Origin: Macrostomum hystrix | Lineage: Eukaryota > Animalia > Platyhelminthes | Assembly (NCBI GenBank): GCA_950097015.1 | Contig: CATNEN010000001.1 | Location: 26,226,001 to 26,290,000 of the forward strand | Reading direction: 5' to 3' | DNA: 64,000 bases | Shown here: in pieces, positions 13,141 to 25,586 of the stretch | How the letters are laid out: each line of letters opens with the position of its first letter | Numbering within the stretch: the first letter of the stretch is position 1 | The notes under the pieces: model-generated | The model's database searches: none | What the model saw: only the letters and a program-made list of their open reading frames with translations | Told to the model about the DNA's origin: nothing | Translations under genes and position numbers: made by a program

Positions 13141-16100
13141 CTATAGTTCGCGTCGACTGGCGAACTTGAGCAGCCAGTGAGCCAGGTAGTCAATCGGGTC
13201 GGTAGGTCTCGCGTCGGCCACTGCCGCCATGGCGCGACTAAGAACCGCTCCTAAAAAAGAGGAAGATTGGCGATTAATTATAACAAAGAGTTAGCAACAG
13301 TGAGTAAAAAAATGTGCGGGCTAACTAGCATAGAGTGTGCAAAAACTTCGATTTGTTTCAAGATTCTCCTAACCAGGCTGAACTCCATCCTGCACTTTTT
13401 TGACTCACGGACAAAATTGAGATAGTCAGCCCGCAAATAAGATTCAGCTGTTCGCCGAGTCTTCTCAGCTACATGCAAGTTCTGTGCCATGTCATTGATC
13501 GGCTGTTCTGCCTTGGTGTCGGCCAGAATTTCATACAGCTGTGGCGGATTGTTCAGAAGCAGCACTACTAGGCGATCATTGCGCGGCATCAGCATGAGGA
13601 AAGGCTCCTCCTCAAAAATGTAGTTGAAAAGCATGGTGCCGTCCGAGGTACTGAAAGCCTGAAAAAGTTTAGTAAAAACCAAAATTTAATTGACTTAAGG
13701 GCTTTAAAACGGCACTCTAATACTGTATACTAACTGCACCTTTTCAGAATAGCAAAGAATTGCAATAAACCGTAAGTGCTACTAACCAGGATAACTTTTG
13801 CTGGATCGTCAAAAGCTTCAACGTCACTGTCATCATCGTCGCGGCCAAGAAATTTAACACTTCTCGGTGGTTCGTACTTTTTGCCGAGTACCAGCCGTCT
13901 GTCCGGCGTGGCCAGCATGTCCTTCAGGATGACGCTGTTCGATGGATCGAGATCACGCACCAACTCGCCAGTCTCGATGTTGAACACCTTCAGGCGGTAG
14001 GTGATGCAGTGCAGGCCGTCGCTCAGCAGATAGAGTACGCCAGCATCAAAGGTCTTGCTGATGGACAGCACTTTGTAGTTCTGAGCGTCACAAATGACAA
14101 GACGACCTGGCCAGCACATTGACCCTTTATCAAAGGCTTCTGAATAATCAGAAATGTCGGAGGATGTGTACTGTACGACGACATGATTCGGGTGCTGAGG
14201 ACGTGGTAGAACCAAGCACGGACTGCAAGAACTGTCTGCTGAAAAATTTAGAATAAACGTCAAAGACAGTTCTTTTTCGTCGAGAAATAGCTCCAAAGCA
14301 GACTCTGAGTCTTCTTCATCCGACGTCCCACCTTCTTCAGCCTTGCGGATTCGCTCAACAAGCTCCTTGTTCAGCTCGTTATCCAAGTAACTGCGAGTAT
14401 CATCGGTTTGGTACTCCAAGATCTTCGCTTTGATGAACTCCCTGAGCAGCTGGAGTGCGAGCTTTCCGGTCGCATAGTTTTCAGCATCGCTAGCGTCCAG
14501 CTGGCTTTCAGCGTAGAGTCGGTTCTCATCGGCCAGTCGAATGATCTCCATCGCGACTGCTCGGCTTGCTGACTTCACAAACTCCTCGCCAACGCAGAGC
14601 TTGGGCAGCGGCAGAAAGTTGGAGACAGTTCGATTCTCGAGATTCATGTAGATCAAAGCTGACATAGTTTCCAATTCGTTCGTTGAGTTTAGATCGGATG
14701 CAAGAACATGAAGAACTTTTTTGTCCTCGGCTAGAACTGCAGCCCTTGACGTTGAACTTTTCTGAAAGGTTGCGGCTCCATCTGTGGTGAAGAATATACT
14801 GATTGCGAAAGGTGACAGAACTGGGTGGTTGACAATCGAAAACGATAAATTGCTGCTCGTTAGAAAAGAGCTTGTAATCGTGGAAATCATTTCCTTGGAC
14901 AAGTCTGCACTCTCAATTGAAATGTCCGATGAAAGCTCGATTTTGAATTCCAGTTCCTCATGACTTGGTGACGGAGGCTTTGGAAAATACTTCTTGTATT
15001 CCAGGTCAATAATTTTTAGTGCACAATCCTTTAACAACTTTCCCAAAGCTAGGTCAACATGACCGATATCTGAGTGCACGAAACAGTCCTTGAGCAGTGC
15101 GAATACGTCTTCCTGAAAATTAGCTTCGATTAAGGTCACGGCTTCCGCCCTTCGAGCCAAAGCCTCGTCATTTACATATTTTTCGTTGGAATTTTCCGAG
15201 TTCGAGTCACTGAAGTTCAAATCATCAGAATTATCATCCGTTTCGTCTTCGTCAACCGAGCTTGTTTTCTGGCTACCTGCATCGGATGCAAGAGACTCCT
15301 GCAGGGCACGACCATTTGGAGCAGTATTTTCCGCTTCGCTGTTCTCAGTTGGCGCCAAAATGTTTGCATCAGCAAAGCTATTTTCTATGGACTTGCCCAC
15401 ACTAATTTCAGATGCACTTTTCTTCTTAGCAGGACTATCAGCCCCTGACAGGTTATTATCGTCGCTGCCACTTCGGGAACTTTCGGCAGACTCAAGGCAC
15501 TCGGCGATGCTCGGCAAAGTTGCTTCGAGCACCACCGACTTTTGTCCAGTTTCGATATTTAACTCGGTAGCGACTCCACCTCGAATGTTCTTGTCAAAGA
15601 ATACCGAGTACAAGCAGCACGGATTAGGCTTGAAAGGAAATATTCCGTTTTTCATCTTCTTCGCTGTAATCTTCTCGTCTTCAAAGTCGCCTTCGAAATC
15701 AGCAAGAACTTTCATGTTTAGAACGGAGATTTTTATGATTGAAGAGTTCGCATTATCATCTGGTAGATAATTAATTAAAAGAAAGTCGGTGTCTTTTGGC
15801 TGTCCAATAAAGTAAAAGTTTGGACTGCCTATCACAGATCGAAGAAAGGTGCCATCATTTGCCGACCAAAGGTTGAACATGAAGCTCGAGCGGCCTCTTG
15901 AAACGACGAGTTCGCCAGTACGATTCACAAAAATTGGCCGTTTGATCCGGCTCAGTATATCACTGTCATCGTCTTCAAGGTTATGAGACTTGTCCAAAAT
16001 GATGTTGTAGGCCAGAATGTGGAATTCTCCAGTTGACAGCTTGCAGACGAATCCCATACCCGACGTCCTTACAGTATGGAAGATAACTGCCGCTGTGCTG

Positions 16101-19100
16101 TAGTCAGCTGACAACACTGCCGTAAAAGCATCGTCTTCATCTGACTTTGGTCGCTTAATTTGCCAAATAACGGTCTCGTGTACTTCATGGCTCTGGATCA
16201 CAAACAAACGGACTGTGAACACCACAGCAATACTCTCATCAGTGATATCGTCTTCCGGTACGCTTCTCGTGACGAGGAGAATCCTGTTTTGTAGTATGAA
16301 GACTGACAACACTTGGTCACTTACGTCGGAGTCAATCTGCACTTCAGGACAGTGAAGCTCGACATCAAGCATTCCGTCAAGCAGTAGAATATGTGGTCTA
16401 AAGAAACTCGTAATTACAGCTTTATCGCTTTCAATGGCATTGACAGAATGAACCCGACCAACAAAGAAGATGCAGACTCCTCCATTCAGGATGGGTCCTT
16501 CAGAAGGCGAGCGGTTGCTCTTAGAACGTGTGATCAGGCGGACCACTCTTAAAGGCTCGAGGCTAATAACAATAAACTTCACCCCTTTGGGTTGATAGGC
16601 TTTCTTTGTAGTCAAAAACACTATGCAATTATCATCAGCGGAGGAAACAGCGTCCTCATTAGCTAGAATTTCTTGCGGGAAGTCTTCTGGTAGAGTTTCG
16701 AGTGCAACCTTCCACATTCCAGTGTGCAAGTTTGCGCGGTAAAGCTTGTAACTGTCAGTCGACTTATCTTTTGCAGTTGTAAGAAAGCAGCCACTAGCCG
16801 GAAGAGTTGACAAATATCTAAGGTGATGCAAAGTGGGCTTCTCAGACAGTAAAGTCTTTATAATATTTCCCTCAAAGTCATACCACGAAATTGTGTTTTG
16901 GGCGACCGACGCGACATAAAACATTCCATTGTCACACAGCTTTCCCAGTGAAAGTTGCACCTGAATGGTGCAGTGAGTGAAGCTGCTACCGCTGTCGAAG
17001 CAGCCGATCTTTGGCACAATGCGAGCCATGTGCGGATTCAGTCGACATCCGTCAAGAAGATTTCGAATTCGTTGCGACTTCTCTGCAAAATACAGTAAGC
17101 GACCACAAAGATCAACTCCTAGAGTGAAGCTGCTGTGACTCAGACTGAGAGCTGCGATTCGAATGGCATTGAAAACTCTCTCGGCGTCCACTGCGTCTGC
17201 TAGATCACCTCGGTCGGACTCGTGGAGGTCAAGAAACAGCTGCAGGTCTCGCATCACGTGAATTCGAGAAGAAGAAACCAGACGAGCTTCAAGAAAGTCG
17301 GCATTGAAAGTCACGTTGTCATGGAAATCGGACATTCTGCCACTGCGAATGAGATGCAGTGGTAGCTCGTTGAGCTTGCGTAGGTTGAATCTGCGAGTCT
17401 TGTCTGCCTGCTGCTGGAGCACGATCGGCTGTGCAGCCACCTGTCTGTCAGCATCAGTGAGGGGTGCAACACCCTGATTTGGGAAGAGAGTGGCGCTATT
17501 GTTTAACGTCAATCACTGATAACACTTTGACTAATATTCGACATAGTAAATCCTGAGGCTCACCTTCCTTAAAAGCTTCTTGGCCAACTTCTCAGGACAT
17601 CGAAACGGCTTCGGTCTGCCCGCCCACACGCCTAGGAAGTAGTCCGACAGCCGCGAGTGCGTCGCCCTCGCATGCTCAACGTCAGCGAAAAAGTAGTCGT
17701 TGGCCACCTCCCAGAACTGCCGGTGGTACCAGAACAGCACTCGGGTGCCGTCAGCCTCTCGCTCTACCAGGTAGCCTCCGATCGCGTGTCGAACTCGAGT
17801 CCATGACAACGGAGGCACGCGAATGAACGGCGGAAGGTGGTGCTCAAAGATCTCGCCCAGCACATCCTCATCCAGTGACAGCAAGTCCTCCAGCTCCGGC
17901 TCGCTCAGTCCACTCCGAGATGCTGTGATGTAGGACAGCGAGTGGGACACCAGCAGCTTCCCGAACTGCCGCTCCAGCTGGCGGAACAACTGGAAGATGG
18001 CTCCGCGCACCGAGGTCTCGATCGACTTTGAGTCGACATTCGTGTACGATCTCCAGCTCAGAGCCTGGTTGAACAACAGGTTCATGTAGATTGGCAAGCT
18101 ACAGACCTCGAATGCGTCTCGAACAATCGACCACTGCGAATCGGTCAGGCATCGACTGCGAGATGCGAGCAGAGCTCGGACAATGTCGCTGCACAGCGAC
18201 GGCTCCAGAGCTCGGACCTCAACGAAGCACGCTGGATCATTGTCCAGCAGCAGCCGACACGTGTCCAGGATGCCGAACAGGTCGGGCAGAGTACTGAGCA
18301 CGAGTTTCACATTCTCAGGCAGCTCATTGTGCATCCAGCTCATTGTGTAGGCTCCGTCAGACGAGTCCAGCTGGTCCACCGAGTCCAGAAATATCAGGAT
18401 CCTAGAAATGCGATTTGTTAGTTCATAACTTTTTAAATAATCCGGAAACTTTGTAACTAAAGTTTTAAGTAACTAGACTAACCAGTTAAAACTAGTTAAA
18501 CTAGTTTTTAACTAATGTAACTAGTGACACTGACACTCCAACTAGAGAACTAGTGACATGGTTTAAGGAGCTCGTTCAGAGTTCTCTCACCTGCGGCCTT
18601 GTTGAACTACTGAATCTGTCAACTCATAGAACGTTTGAACGAGTTCTCGAAAGTCGTCAACATATTGAAGAGCTTCTGACTCAGATTGACCGAGAAACAC
18701 AGCCAGCTGCTCACACAGTGACCGCAGAGTCTGTCGGATGCTGGATGTGGCGGGACTTGTTCCGAGAAACCGAACCAAAACCAGTGCGCCGTCTCGCTCA
18801 GTCTCCGGAAGCCACTGTCGAGCCAGGTTCCCCGCTCGAGCAAGCACCGACGTCTTGCCGCACCCGGAGCAACCGTGAATCACAAGAGGACGTCGCGATG
18901 ACCCCACGATATAGCCTTGAACAGTGGCCATCGTGTCCTCGCGACCCTGGAACTGGCTCACGTAGTTCACACATTGGTGGGAGTGCTGAAGCACCTCTGT
19001 GTACAGGCTGTCGGACTCAAGAGCTGACACATCTCTCACTGCTCGCTCAATCAGACGACGCAAGTGCTTCTCGAAGTCGCTGGCAAGCCGGTTCTCGTAT

Positions 19101-20499
19101 GACGGATCGGAGTCAACCAGAGACTGCCACATCAGTCGGTACTCAACCGAGTTGTCAGCCGGTAACAGACGAGGCAGTTCGTGTCTCTTGAGCTGCTCCA
19201 GCTTCTCAAACACGGCCTCATCAAGGCCTCCGCTGGCGTTTGTCTCGGCGAACCTGGCGCTTGCAACGTCGCTCTCTCGCTCCCTCAGGTCGCTGATCTC
19301 ACGACGAAACAGCAGCGCGTCTCGACGTCGCTCTGGTCTGCAATTCACGATTCCGTGGACAAACTCCAGGTGCGTGACTGACGCTGTGAACTCCAGAGCA
19401 GTCCCGTCTGTCAGCTCGCCTGCTTCCAACGCGGCAGTCGCAACGGATTCTGCCGCTTCCAACAGCTGCGACTCCTCGTCCGTGCTGGCAGCAGACTGCA
19501 GAGTGAACACAGGTGGCAGCTGGTTCTCATCCAGTCGATAGAGCTTGTGCAGGAGGTCTGCAGCAGCGTGCTTGCCCTGAGCCATCATGGCCCTCTCCAA
19601 GGCTGCGAAATCGGTCTTTCGTATCATAAATGGCAACTGGCGAGTGCCGTAACGATAGCTTAAAATGCCCTAAAGTGAATTTTGATTGAATTATTTTTAT
19701 TTACTTTTGAAAGTTGAAAAAGTTTGAAAAGCGAAATTCGTGTTAGAAACAAAAAATTATGGTGATTTAAAAAACGTTACGTACCAAAAAGTGAGGCCCA
19801 ATGGATATTCTCTGACAGTTGGCTACTTCATCAAGGCACACCTCAGTGGCTGTCCGATCGGCTGCGGTTGCATCGTGGATGCCCCAGCGCATGTCAACAA
19901 TCTAAAAAACAGTTCTTTTGCTTGTAACTACGACTGAAGCGATAAGCTAAGCGGTAACTTAAGCCGACCATAAGATGATTATATACGAACTATCTACGAT
20001 TATCTCGTAAAATAACTCAGCTAATCCACAGATAAATTTAAGGTCGAATTTAATTGAAAATATGTTACTTTTTAGGCTAAATTGAATATTCTCTTACCTG
20101 AAAAGCGATTCCATGCTGCTCGCGACACACCTGTTTCAGCTTGGGATAAACGCGATTCATCAGCACATTCCTCTCCATGTGCATGTCTGCAATTCCAAAA
20201 GTGTTTTTTTGGTCGCTATATCGGCCTGGTAAGTTCGTGCAGGAAAACTGAGTAGGTGGAACAAGTCTACCTGTGAAGGTCGAGCTGATGAACACGCGCA
20301 CCGTTTTGGAGTTTCTCTCCGGCAGGTCGGTCAGGAAGCCAGCCATGAGCCGCTTGAAGCCTTCGTCCTGAGGCTGAGATTCGTTAAGTAATGCTGGAAT
20401 CGCCTGCGTGAATCGCTTCAGCATGGAGGGTCGCTTCGCGGACGAAGTTGCAGCACCGGAGCGCCGAGCTCTGGCGCTGGGCCGCGATTCATCTGGCAT
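13141..20499 (-). CDS. NWD1/NWD2-like NACHT protein (DUF4062-NACHT-putative beta-propeller) with C-terminal Dpy-30 motif; 8 exons: 20499-20271, 20186-20098, 19901-19785, 19669-18591, 18401-17564, 17473-13787, 13658-13409, 13250-13141; ~2132 aa
   Basis: N-terminus [20 protein letters not shown]...FQIVDMRWG (NWD/DUF4062 signature); Walker A GCSGCGKT; Walker [12 protein letters not shown]; [24 protein letters not shown] and [10 protein letters not shown] typical of NWD2-like proteins. All introns GT-AG with matching phases (6399 nt CDS). Confidence 0.88.
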
Positions 20500-22542
20500 T
20501 GTTGACTCCCCCCGTATCAGCGTCAATGCGCTGAAATTCGTGACGAGTGGAACCTACTAGCTGATGAGAACTACTTTCCACTTGGCTTTCGTCTTGCTTT
20601 GCGCGCATCGTTTTTACTATGTTTTATATTCTAGCTCTTGCTTGGAAAAAAAATTATAGAAAAAATCTAATGAGCTTCCAATTAGTCTATAAATTTGTTT
20701 CTACACTACACTGTAAGTTATCGTGGCTCACAATAAAAAATCAAGTATCAATCATAAAAATAGAAAGATACTGCTTGTCCTATTCATTTTGCTCGCAAAT
20801 ATATAAAATAAAATAATATATTTGTAATCTTTAAGAACTGCTTGTTCTGTTCGTCTAAATTCAAAGAAGCTGTACTGACTCTCCTAAAGCTCAAAGTAGT
20901 CTAAATATGAAACCAGTCCATGCATTGCCATCCTAACGTACAATATAGTATTATTTATGTGAATATCCACAATCACCTAAGAAGGAGTTGTCTGAAACGC
21001 TGACAGCTGACAGTGCGGAAAACAAAAAACAAAATTATTCGATTAAATATTTGACATTAGTGGCTTTCTCTAATAATGGCACCACAAGTTTATATACTTT
21101 TTGTTATCAAGCTAATAAAATATCAAAAAGGTTAACGAATTTTTCAAAATATTATTCTACTAATTAAATTAGAACTGAGGCTTACACACAACAAAAAAAG
21201 TGCACAAAAACAAAAATGTCCAACTATTTCTAACAAAAATGAAGAGAAACCACTTTTGAGACATTAAAAATAAAATAGAAATTCGAGAATTTTATTGGAA
21301 AAAAGTTTTGGAACAAAGTTTTCAGTAAGAATATCAACTTTTTGCGTATTTTTGTTTATTATACGATAATCCGAAAATTATTCCTTAGTATCCCAACTCT
21401 GACCTGCATTCACAATAAAGTTCTTTCATTCCCTTAAAAGTAAGTTTATAGGCAGAAAAATTTAGGCGGTAATTTACAGCGCACGTGATAAATTATGAAC
21501 GATAAATATTTCTGAGAATGCAGCAGTTTAAACCTGACAGGTAGCTATGATACAAAAGTATTAAAAATTTAATCTGCATTTTGCAGCACTAATACCAGAA
21601 TATATTATTAGTGTTATATCAATGTATCAGTTATCAGCATATTTTATAACAAAAATATTGTACGATTTCTTTGTTTTAAACAAGTAGAGATGTTATAGTA
21701 ACTCCGTCGTAGCTGTAGTAGCGCGATAACGTTAAATTGTATTGTAACGTTAAATTAGCTTGTATAAAAGCATTTTAGGCCGAATTCTAGCATTTTACAA
21801 GAAACAAATGATGATCGAACATTAAATGCCGTTTTAGCTTTTCCTGCATTCAGTTATACTTAAACAGCTATACTTTCAGTGGCATTTTGTTCCCAACCTG
21901 ACCTGACCGACGTTTTGAGTACGACCCGTTTCAGTACTTGAGGAGAAGCTCAGAGGGAAATTTAATTGAAGCGATAGATAGAGATAAATAGATAGCCTAG
22001 GTACTGTTCATTTTTATTTAAGCATTTAAAACTTTTTTACAAACAATTTTTTGTTTAGCGGTCGAACACCGGAGAGAACTTATTAAAGTTTATTTGAAAC
22101 AAAAGCATGAACATAACACAGACTGTATCTATCTAAGCTAAAAAATTTATCTTGGTATAAAAGTCTGGTGTCGTTTTTATGGTTTTTCCACTACATGGTC
22201 TGTCTGATAGACACTAATGTTTCGTTCTAACTTCGGATTATAACATGCAAAAAGTGGGCATGTACATCGGTGTATAACATGTTAGATGTTGCGTTAATGC
22301 CTACTTTAACCTTGAAGTAATCCTAATAGAAAGCCCCTTACTAGCAGTGTAGCATTAAGAAAAATGTCTACTTTTTAACTAGCTAGCTGGGCTAGTTTAG
22401 CTAGGCTAGCTATAGGTAATATTAACAATTTATATAGCTCGCTAGGTATATAAATATTAGGCCTATTTATTGTCATTTATTCTATTGTTTCTTGGAATAA
22501 GAATATTTTAGGCCTACACGCAACATCTAACATGTTATAGAT

Positions 22543-22977
22543 CAGGGGTCGACAAACTCCGGCCCGCGGGCCAGATGCGGCCCTCGAAGCTCCCAAATCC
22601 GGCCCATTGCCCCTTCTGACATCTATACAGTGTCCTGCTTCATCTCTCTCGTGTCTAATCATTCTTGTGTCTAATCTCTCCCGTGTCTAATCTCTCCTGT
22701 GTCTCATCTCCCCCGTGTCTAATCTCTCCCATGTCTCATCGCTCTCATGTCTAATCTCTCCCTTGTCTTATCTCCCGTGTCTAATCTCTCCTTTGTCTCA
22801 TCTCTCCCGTGTCTAATCTCTCCTGTGTCTCATCTCCCCCGTGTCTAATCTCTCCTGTGTCTTATCTCTCCCGTGTCTCATCTCTCCCCTATCTCATATT
22901 TATACAGTCAATGCGGCCCGCTGTCGTCTTTTAGGTTCTCTCTTTGGCCCGCCAGCAAATAAGTTTGCCTACCCCTG
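22543..22977 (+). mobile_element. Complete hAT (Buster-type) MITE copy 3
   Basis: TIRs caggggtcgacaaact / agtttgcctacccctg with a perfect 8-bp TSD TTATAGAT (22535-22542, 22978-22985); internal ~16-bp repeats. Confidence 0.9.
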
Positions 22978-23337
22978 TTATAGATCGATGCAAATGCCTC
23001 CTTTTGCATGTTATACGAGTACGAAACTTTCAGTACGCCCCTCGTATCGCGATATTAGAACAAAACAGCCCTGCTGATAAAGCTTGCGCATCTTTTTTAA
23101 TTCGAACTTTAGGGCAAACATTTCAGACGACGACACAAGTCGGTTTAAGTTGGATCCATGATGTTAGGCCTAGCTGCTAATGACTAATATAAGAAGTACT
23201 TTACTAACTATACTAGGCCTAGCTAGTACTAATGGTGCAAAGTCAATGATTTAGCTACATGGCTGTATGTAAAATATGTTGTTAGTTTTATCCCAGTGCT
23301 TATCTTTATTATTATATTTGTAACAGGGCCTACACTC

Positions 23338-23900
23338 CATAGTCCGGATCATGTCGTTTACGCCGGAGATCTCCGGCGTAAATCTGGTTTGGGATCGGAG
23401 GCTGGCGTAAGTGCTTGGCGTAAGTATAGGCCAAAATGTGCCTTGGCGTAAGTGCTTGGCGTAAGTACATGGCATAAATCAAGTGGCGTAAATGTTAGCA
23501 CCAATGAGATCATTCACGATCAAATGTATCACTATAGAACATAACACATTTGCGTTAAATATGATGTTTGCGTTAATTAGGAGCAGCATTAAAACAAAGT
23601 TCATTAAAATATTGCAGTTCGTATAAATGAGATAGCAGAATATCTATTGAAGGATAGCAAAAGTTTTTTTAGCTTTAAGATGCTTACTTTGATACTTGAT
23701 TTAGAATTTGCAACTTGTGAGATTTTTAAACAGTTGCAACTTCTGAATTTAATTAATCACCGATTAACATGATTTGTGAAGGACCTTTTTTTGGGTGGCG
23801 TAAGTCAGAGGGACCTTTTTTGGTTGGCGTAAGTCTGGCGTAAGTGCCAAAAAATGTTGGATTTTTCCTCCGGCGTAAGTCCAGCATGATCCGGACTATG
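23338..23900. mobile_element. Complete MITE with 16-bp TIR CATAGTCCGGATCATG and subterminal GGCGTAA repeats
   Basis: Perfect TIRs; flanking direct repeat gcctacactc (10 bp, or 8 bp if the TIR includes the outer C/G). Confidence 0.88.
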
Positions 23901-24539
23901 GCCTACACTCTCAGTTTAATCTCTAGGCCTAGAGGTAGTGTTTATTCTAGGCAGTTTTTACTCTTTATTACTTAACAAATGTATTTTCGTTTCTTCTACC
24001 AAACAATTTTGGTGGGCCTGAAGAAGGCCATTTCAACTCCACAAATCTTACTCTGTGGGACTGCTTAAAGGTAGCACTCAGGCTTGGCACAAGTGTTTTA
24101 TCCTTCTAAAGCACTGGTCTCTTATTCTCCAGTCTTTACTGGTTGTTTATCCTAGATCAGAGGGTCGCAGCCTTGATCTCGGTCTCTCACAAATAACTCA
24201 CACAAATACTTGATCTATTTAGTAAAAACAAACTTTTAAGTGGTTTATATTTCCTCAGTTTTTAGCCTACTAATCATTGAGGCCTGCATGCCACATGATT
24301 AAAACATTACAAAACTTGCTCCTTATTACGCAGTGAATTATGGTTTGTTATTGTGAATACTATTTTGCAAATTAAGAAATAATATATATATAATATAGAT
24401 AATTAAAATTCATATATGTAGAAAATGCAAAATATTTTTTGAGCATAATTAGGCCTAGGCACAAATTTAAATCCCTAAAATAAAACACCCTACTACATAT
24501 GCTTATTCTACTCATGACTAATGTCACCAAAGTTGCTGT

Positions 24540-25360
24540 AGGGATAATCTTAGCAAAAACTTTGTTAATTATCCTAAATGCAATAAATGTTTAAAATCTA
24601 TGGATGGGTACTTTAGAATTAAAAAGAATTGGGCGTAACTTTACTTTTGTTAGCAAATTTTTTTCTTCTTTTAAAATATTGAATGATGAAGAGGATAATG
24701 TCAACTGGTAACACAATTGGTGGGAAACATTTTTAAAAGGCACTGAGCATTGCTCAGTTTAGTTCAATGCAGTCCTGACTGTCTCAGATTCCTAAACTGG
24801 GTGTAATGACGAATCCAGTATAGGATGCTGCCAAAAGCCTTTGCTTGGCAGGCCCTGGGTGAAGGCGTCGCCATAGATACTCTTTGATGTGCGATTCAAA
24901 GAGGGCATCGCTAGTGCCATGTCACATAGTCTTGTCAGTACTTGCCGTCACTTCCATCAGATCCCTTGAATTCATATTTAGTTCCGTCAGTGCCTGTGCC
25001 AGCAGAACTTCATTCAGTGGCACAATCCACAATGGTCTGCCAAATTTTTGTGCCTTAAACAACTCTACGCAGCTACTATGGGCCATAGACAACTCCCATT
25101 CATCATTCCACGTCATTGGCACCATTTTAAAAGAGGAAAATAATTTCGCAAATGAAAGGAAATAAGAAATACTAAACTTGTATGCACATATGCCACAAAT
25201 GTATTCACTTAGGTTTTTGTGTATGACTAGGATAAAGTGTACCTTTCTCAATTCTTCTCAATTCTAAAGCCCACATCCACAGATTTCATTTTTTTCCTAT
25301 AAGGATGCTGAATATATTTTATATCTTTTCTCTAACAATAAGATTATTAGCTAGGGTAGA
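24540..25360 (-). mobile_element. Degenerate TIR element with Merlin/ISXO2-like transposase remnant
   Basis: Imperfect long inverted repeats (aaatctatggatgggtactttagaattaaaaagaattg at ~24594 vs reverse complement at ~25247-25286); minus-strand peptide HGTSDALFESHIKEYLWRR resembles the IS1595/Merlin C-terminal ...YLxEFxWRR motif. Confidence 0.4.
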
Positions 25361-25586
25361 CCATTTAGTTAACTTTTTCATATTAAATTTTTTTGTGAGT
25401 ATCCTACCATCAAAGTATTCAAAAAGATAGGTTTTAAGCAATTCTCAGTGTTAAATTTAGCAATAATTAGGCCTCATGCAACAAACTCACCTTTATAAAA
25501 CAACACAATTTCTACCATGCATTTTTTACTATCGAGGCAGGTTTCATATTAAAAGATAACATGCTTGACATGAATTCCAGTTCAGC

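Noticed and set aside
13730-17512. Treating the 1260-aa ORF as a separate gene
   Set aside because: It lacks an ATG start and splices in phase to the flanking NACHT and Dpy-30 exons.
23338-23353. TIR core ATAGTCCGGATCAT resembles the Drosophila P-element target-site palindrome as I recall it
   Set aside because: A short near-palindrome with no mechanistic link; likely coincidence.
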